Shown here: in pieces, positions 60,267 through 64,000 of the stretch
Numbering within the stretch: position 1 is the first letter of the stretch
Layout of the letters: every line of letters begins with the position of its first letter
Assembly: GCA_900753315.1 (NCBI GenBank)
Contig: CAADYP010000015.1
Span: 8,592 to 72,591 of the forward strand
Reading direction: 5' to 3'
Source: Clostridia bacterium
Lineage (GTDB): Bacteria > Bacillota > Clostridia > Christensenellales > UBA1242
DNA length: 64,000 nt
Notes under the pieces: generated by a model
Database searches by the model: none
What the model was told of the DNA's origin: nothing
What the model saw: the letters and a program-made list of their open reading frames with translations, nothing else
Program-made: the position numbers and the translations under genes

Positions 60267-61718
60267 TTGGAAAAAGAAATTGGAATACTTTGCCATATAT
60301 CATCATTACCAAGTGTTTATGGTGTTGGCGATTTTGGAAAAGAAGCCTACAAATTTGTAGATTTTTTATCAAAAAACAACATAAATATATGGCAGATATT
60401 GCCTTTAAATCAAACTGGAGAAACAAACTGTCCATATTATTCAAACTGCTGTTTTTCTTATGATGAAATGTTTTTTGATGTTGATGACCTGATTGAAAAA
60501 AATCTAATAACTAAAAGAGACACTTTAAAATTATTGAAACTACCAAAATCAAAAAAGGTCGTTTACAACATCGTAAAGAAAGAAAAAGAAACTGTTTTTG
60601 AAAAAGCCTACAACAACATTTCAAAAGAATTATTGGCAGACTTAAGCAAATTTTTGCAAGAAAATGAAGACATATACAATTATGCTGTCTATAAAACGTT
60701 ATTGGAAAAGAACAATTTGTTTGATTGGAGATTGCTTAACAAAAACTTGCTTAACCGCAAATCGAAACAATACAACAAATTTGTTGCGGACAACAAGCAG
60801 ACTATATTAAAATATGGGTTTTATCAATATATTTTGAATTTAGAATGGAAAAAACTAAAAAATTATGCCAACAGCAAAGGTATAAAAATTTTAGGTGATT
60901 TACCAATTTATCCAAATGTTATGTCTTTTGATGTTTATGACAGCAAAGATAAATATCAACTCGATGACAAATACAATATGATATGCACCGGTGGGGTTCC
61001 AAAGAGCGAAACTGACGACTATGAAAAAAATTGGGGTTCTTGCGTTTATGACTGGAAAATTTTGGAAAAAACAAACTATCAATACATGATAAAGAAAATA
61101 AAAATGTTATTAGAGAAATTTGATATTTTGCGATTGGATCACTTTTATGGATATTTTGAGCATTATGAATTTTCTACAACAAACAATGCTGACAACAAAT
61201 GGGTAAGAGCAGGCGGAATGGATTTCTTTACAAATTTAAGCAAGCAGATAGACATCAACAAAATAGTTATCGAAAATCTTGGATTTGAAAAGGCAGAATG
61301 TGACCAAATCATGAAGAAGTTTAATTTGACAGGCATGTGTCTATTACAAGAGGCTGTTCGTAATGAAAGATATACACCAAACAATGTTAAATATAACAAT
61401 ATTTATTATATAGGCACACACGACAACAACACATTTCTTGGCTATCTTGAAAATCTTGATAGCACGTCAAAGAAACATCTTTGTGAAATTCTCAACTCAA
61501 AAGAAATCAACAACAATAAAAAAATTCTTATATCTGCCATGAAACAAATGTTGAGAAGTGAAGCGAAATATGATATATTTCAAATACAAGATTTATTAAT
61601 GCAAGGGAGTTTTTACAGAATGAATATTCCTGGTGTTGCATTTGACCAATGGGAATACAAAATGCCAAAAAAATACAAAAACAAAGCTAAATGCACTCTA
61701 AAACATATTAGAAATTAA
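60267..61718 (+). CDS. malQ: 4-alpha-glucanotransferase (amylomaltase, GH77)
   Basis: GILCHISSLPSVYGVGDFG N-terminus, LRLDHFYG and GTHDN motifs. TTG start. Confidence 0.85.
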   Translation: MEKEIGILCHISSLPSVYGVGDFGKEAYKFVDFLSKNNINIWQILPLNQTGETNCPYYSNCCFSYDEMFFDVDDLIEKNLITKRDTLKLLKLPKSKKVVYNIVKKEKETVFEKAYNNISKELLADLSKFLQENEDIYNYAVYKTLLEKNNLFDWRLLNKNLLNRKSKQYNKFVADNKQTILKYGFYQYILNLEWKKLKNYANSKGIKILGDLPIYPNVMSFDVYDSKDKYQLDDKYNMICTGGVPKSETDDYEKNWGSCVYDWKILEKTNYQYMIKKIKMLLEKFDILRLDHFYGYFEHYEFSTTNNADNKWVRAGGMDFFTNLSKQIDINKIVIENLGFEKAECDQIMKKFNLTGMCLLQEAVRNERYTPNNVKYNNIYYIGTHDNNTFLGYLENLDSTSKKHLCEILNSKEINNNKKILISAMKQMLRSEAKYDIFQIQDLLMQGSFYRMNIPGVAFDQWEYKMPKKYKNKAKCTLKHIRN

Positions 61719-61889
61719 GACGTACCATCGCAATCTAAAAATAATTGCTATAATTCAATATCATTATTAGTTCATAATCAGAGTATTTTTTTACATTGTT
61801 AATTAAATATCCACAATTCTTTATATTATATTGAAAATTGCTTGACTCCCCCCCCCACTATGTTACAATAGGTTTGAAAGGAGGAAATT

Positions 61890-62357
61890 ATGAACAAGAA
61901 ATCTATTATTTTCAATGGTATTATTGCTGGACTTGCAATTATAAGTGTGATTGTTATGTTGTTGCCTATCAATATGGGATTTTCATGCCTCGGTTTTGCA
62001 CAAATAGCTTTGGCTGAAGAAGGCGGAATTATGCTCGCTTTGCCAATTATTTTGGCTTTTGCGTTTTCAATCATTGTTCTTGGTTTTGCAGCTTTGACAT
62101 TGCTCACAGCATGTAATGTTATCAAAAGTGCAAAGGCAGGAAAAGCATTCAGAATTGTAAATTTGGTTTTGTCTTGTGTTGGTTTTATATTCGCTGGTTT
62201 TGTATTTGCTATGTTTGTTTCACAAGGCGGATTCTTAATTGGATTCTTTATCCCAACACTTTTCTATTTGGCTTTGATTGTTTTAATTTCTATCGACTTG
62301 GCACAATCAAAAAAGTTTAACAAAACCATTGAACTTTCTCAAGAAAATCCACAATAA
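61890..62357 (+). CDS. Small polytopic membrane protein
   Basis: AAAGGAGGAAATT-ATG and four hydrophobic segments. A hairpin terminator lies at about 62385-62425. Confidence 0.45.
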   Translation: MNKKSIIFNGIIAGLAIISVIVMLLPINMGFSCLGFAQIALAEEGGIMLALPIILAFAFSIIVLGFAALTLLTACNVIKSAKAGKAFRIVNLVLSCVGFIFAGFVFAMFVSQGGFLIGFFIPTLFYLALIVLISIDLAQSKKFNKTIELSQENPQ

Positions 62358-62744
62358 AAATACATATATTTGCAAAAGGAAAAATAAAAGGTTCGCAAAA
62401 AGTGTCCCTTTTATTTTTTTGTGCTTACAAACCGTATTTGTAGAGAGAAGTAAAATGCGGTTTTTAAATTATATCGTTTTTGATAACAAGATTCATAGTT
62501 CAGGAAATTTTTGTATCCGCCGAATTTGACATAATTTCGCTAAAAAGCATATTTTGTCACTATAATCGAACAATTTTTTAAAAATTATTAAATTACGCTT
62601 CATAAAAAATTTTGATTTTTAGTCTATATTCTCTAATATATTCACAAAACAGATGCAAACTAAACAAAAATTTTACAGTATGTCTGTTTTCTTTGACTTA
62701 AGAAATAAAATTTGATATATTTAAGACATGCTGAGGAGAAAATT

Positions 62745-63608
62745 ATGGAAGAGTTTTTGCACTGGTTTCAAGGGAAAATGGTAACACCAACTTGGTTTGG
62801 TTGGTTTCATATACTTTGGCTTTGTTTAATGGTTGCAGAATGCGTCACAATTTACATATTTAGGAAAAAGATGTCAAAAAAGACAATAAATCTCATCATT
62901 CTTTGCACTGGCATCGCACTTATCATATTTGAAATTTATAAGCAAATTGTAATGAGTTTCCGTTATAATGGTGGAAACGGCAATTCAACTTGGATATATC
63001 AATGGTACTCTTTTCCATTTCAATTTTGTTCAACACCTATGTATCTCATGGTTTTGGCGGGGATTTTACGCAAAGGAAAGGCATATGACTGCATAATGAG
63101 CTACCTTTCAACATTTGCATTGTTTGGCGGTCTTGTGGTTATGATTTATCCCGGAGATGTATTTACAACCACTATCGGCATAAATATACAAACAATGTTT
63201 TGGCATTCAAGCATGTTTTCTATCGGTTTCTTGATTTTGGCGACCAGAAGTGTAGAACTCAATCTAAAAACAATTCTTAAAGCATCAATAGTTTTTTGCA
63301 TTATGCTTGCTTTGGCACTTATGATGAATATTGCTTGGCACTATGGTGGCATAGATGAAACATTCAATATGTTCTACATTAGCCCATACTACAAATGTCC
63401 ATTGGCACTTCTCAATATAATCTATGACAAAGTACCATACATAATATTCTTGGCTATCTACATAATTGGTTTTATGCTTGCCGCAACATTAATGATGGCT
63501 ACCGCAATATTGCTTGACAAACTTGAGAAATCATTGCATACAAGAAAAATGTTCCCAGATGAAATTGCTGCACAAAAAGCAATCGAAATAATTAGAAGAG
63601 AATTATAA
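62745..63608 (+). CDS. Polytopic membrane protein (YwaF/TMEM164-like, tentative)
   Basis: GAGGAGAAAATT-ATG at 62745 and 7-8 hydrophobic segments. Confidence 0.4.
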   Translation: MEEFLHWFQGKMVTPTWFGWFHILWLCLMVAECVTIYIFRKKMSKKTINLIILCTGIALIIFEIYKQIVMSFRYNGGNGNSTWIYQWYSFPFQFCSTPMYLMVLAGILRKGKAYDCIMSYLSTFALFGGLVVMIYPGDVFTTTIGINIQTMFWHSSMFSIGFLILATRSVELNLKTILKASIVFCIMLALALMMNIAWHYGGIDETFNMFYISPYYKCPLALLNIIYDKVPYIIFLAIYIIGFMLAATLMMATAILLDKLEKSLHTRKMFPDEIAAQKAIEIIRREL

Positions 63609-63662
63609 TAATCAAAAAATATGGATATTAACAAAAAAGAAGTAGAGAAATTTCTACTTCTT

Positions 63663-64000
63663 TTATTTTCGCTTCTTGTTTTCTTGCCTTACTCGCCCAA
63701 TAACAAAATCTCCCTCATTTGTGTCATTCGTCACAGTGGTTCCAGCACAAATATAAGTGTTATCTGCAATGGTCACTGGTGCCACAATGTTGACATTACA
63801 TCCAACAAAAACATTGTTTCCAATTTTTGATTTTTGTTTGGTATTTCCATTATAATTTGCAAACACAACACCACAGCCGATATTTACATTCTCACCGATT
63901 TCAGCATCTCCAACATACGACAAGTGCGGAACTTTTGTGCCATTTCCAATAAAGCTGTTTTTGACTTCCACAAACGCTCCAATTTTTACATTATCTCCAA
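63663..64000 (-). CDS. glmU: GlmU C-terminal part (hexapeptide-repeat acetyltransferase domain); gene continues beyond the window
   Basis: LSYVGDAEIGENVNIGCGVVFANYNG...KSKIGNNVFVGCNVNIVAPVTI... is typical of the GlmU C-terminus. The reading frame stays open to the window edge. Confidence 0.7.
   Translation of the reverse strand, partial: GDNVKIGAFVEVKNSFIGNGTKVPHLSYVGDAEIGENVNIGCGVVFANYNGNTKQKSKIGNNVFVGCNVNIVAPVTIADNTYICAGTTVTNDTNEGDFVIGRVRQENKKRK

Overview
The window looks like a low-GC Bacillota-type chromosomal segment using the standard genetic code. It splits into two parts.

(1) About 72-17,650 is a visibly AT-richer accessory island. It starts right after the terminator of a tRNA-Ser(CGA) gene, next to a large serine recombinase. 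Its contents are:
- a restriction-modification-like pair: an N6-adenine methyltransferase with a target-recognition region, plus a T5orf172/GIY-YIG-SNF2 helicase. An approximately 160-bp segment flanked by 25-bp inverted repeats sits upstream of the pair, beside a Hin-type invertase, and looks like an invertible promoter switch;
- a translationally coupled lmuA-lmuC-lmuB (Lamassu, Cap4-nuclease type) operon;
- directly upstream of that, a ~915-aa RecD-like SF1 helicase whose ~520-aa N-terminal region I cannot assign;
- a divergent unassigned 238-aa protein;
- an orphan 217-aa pol-beta-fold nucleotidyltransferase.
Two ~125-bp imperfect direct repeats bracket the helicase/Lamassu block.

(2) About 17,870-64,000 is mostly housekeeping. 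It holds an HIT protein, an SLT transglycosylase, a cysteine desulfurase, sigA-dnaG, groES-groEL, tRNA-Gly(CCC), addA-addB and recO. It also holds an Asp-specifier T-box leader ahead of aspS-asnS, an ABC exporter with a divergent TetR regulator, tRNA-Ile(GAU), malQ and the 3' end of glmU. Notable single genes here are a membrane/coiled-coil protein with five AT-hooks and a 1273-aa Upf1-like helicase with a Vsr/DUF559-like C-terminal domain (Hhe-like architecture).

I saw no CRISPR array, rRNA or phage structural genes. All family calls come from motifs read by eye and need HMM or structure confirmation.
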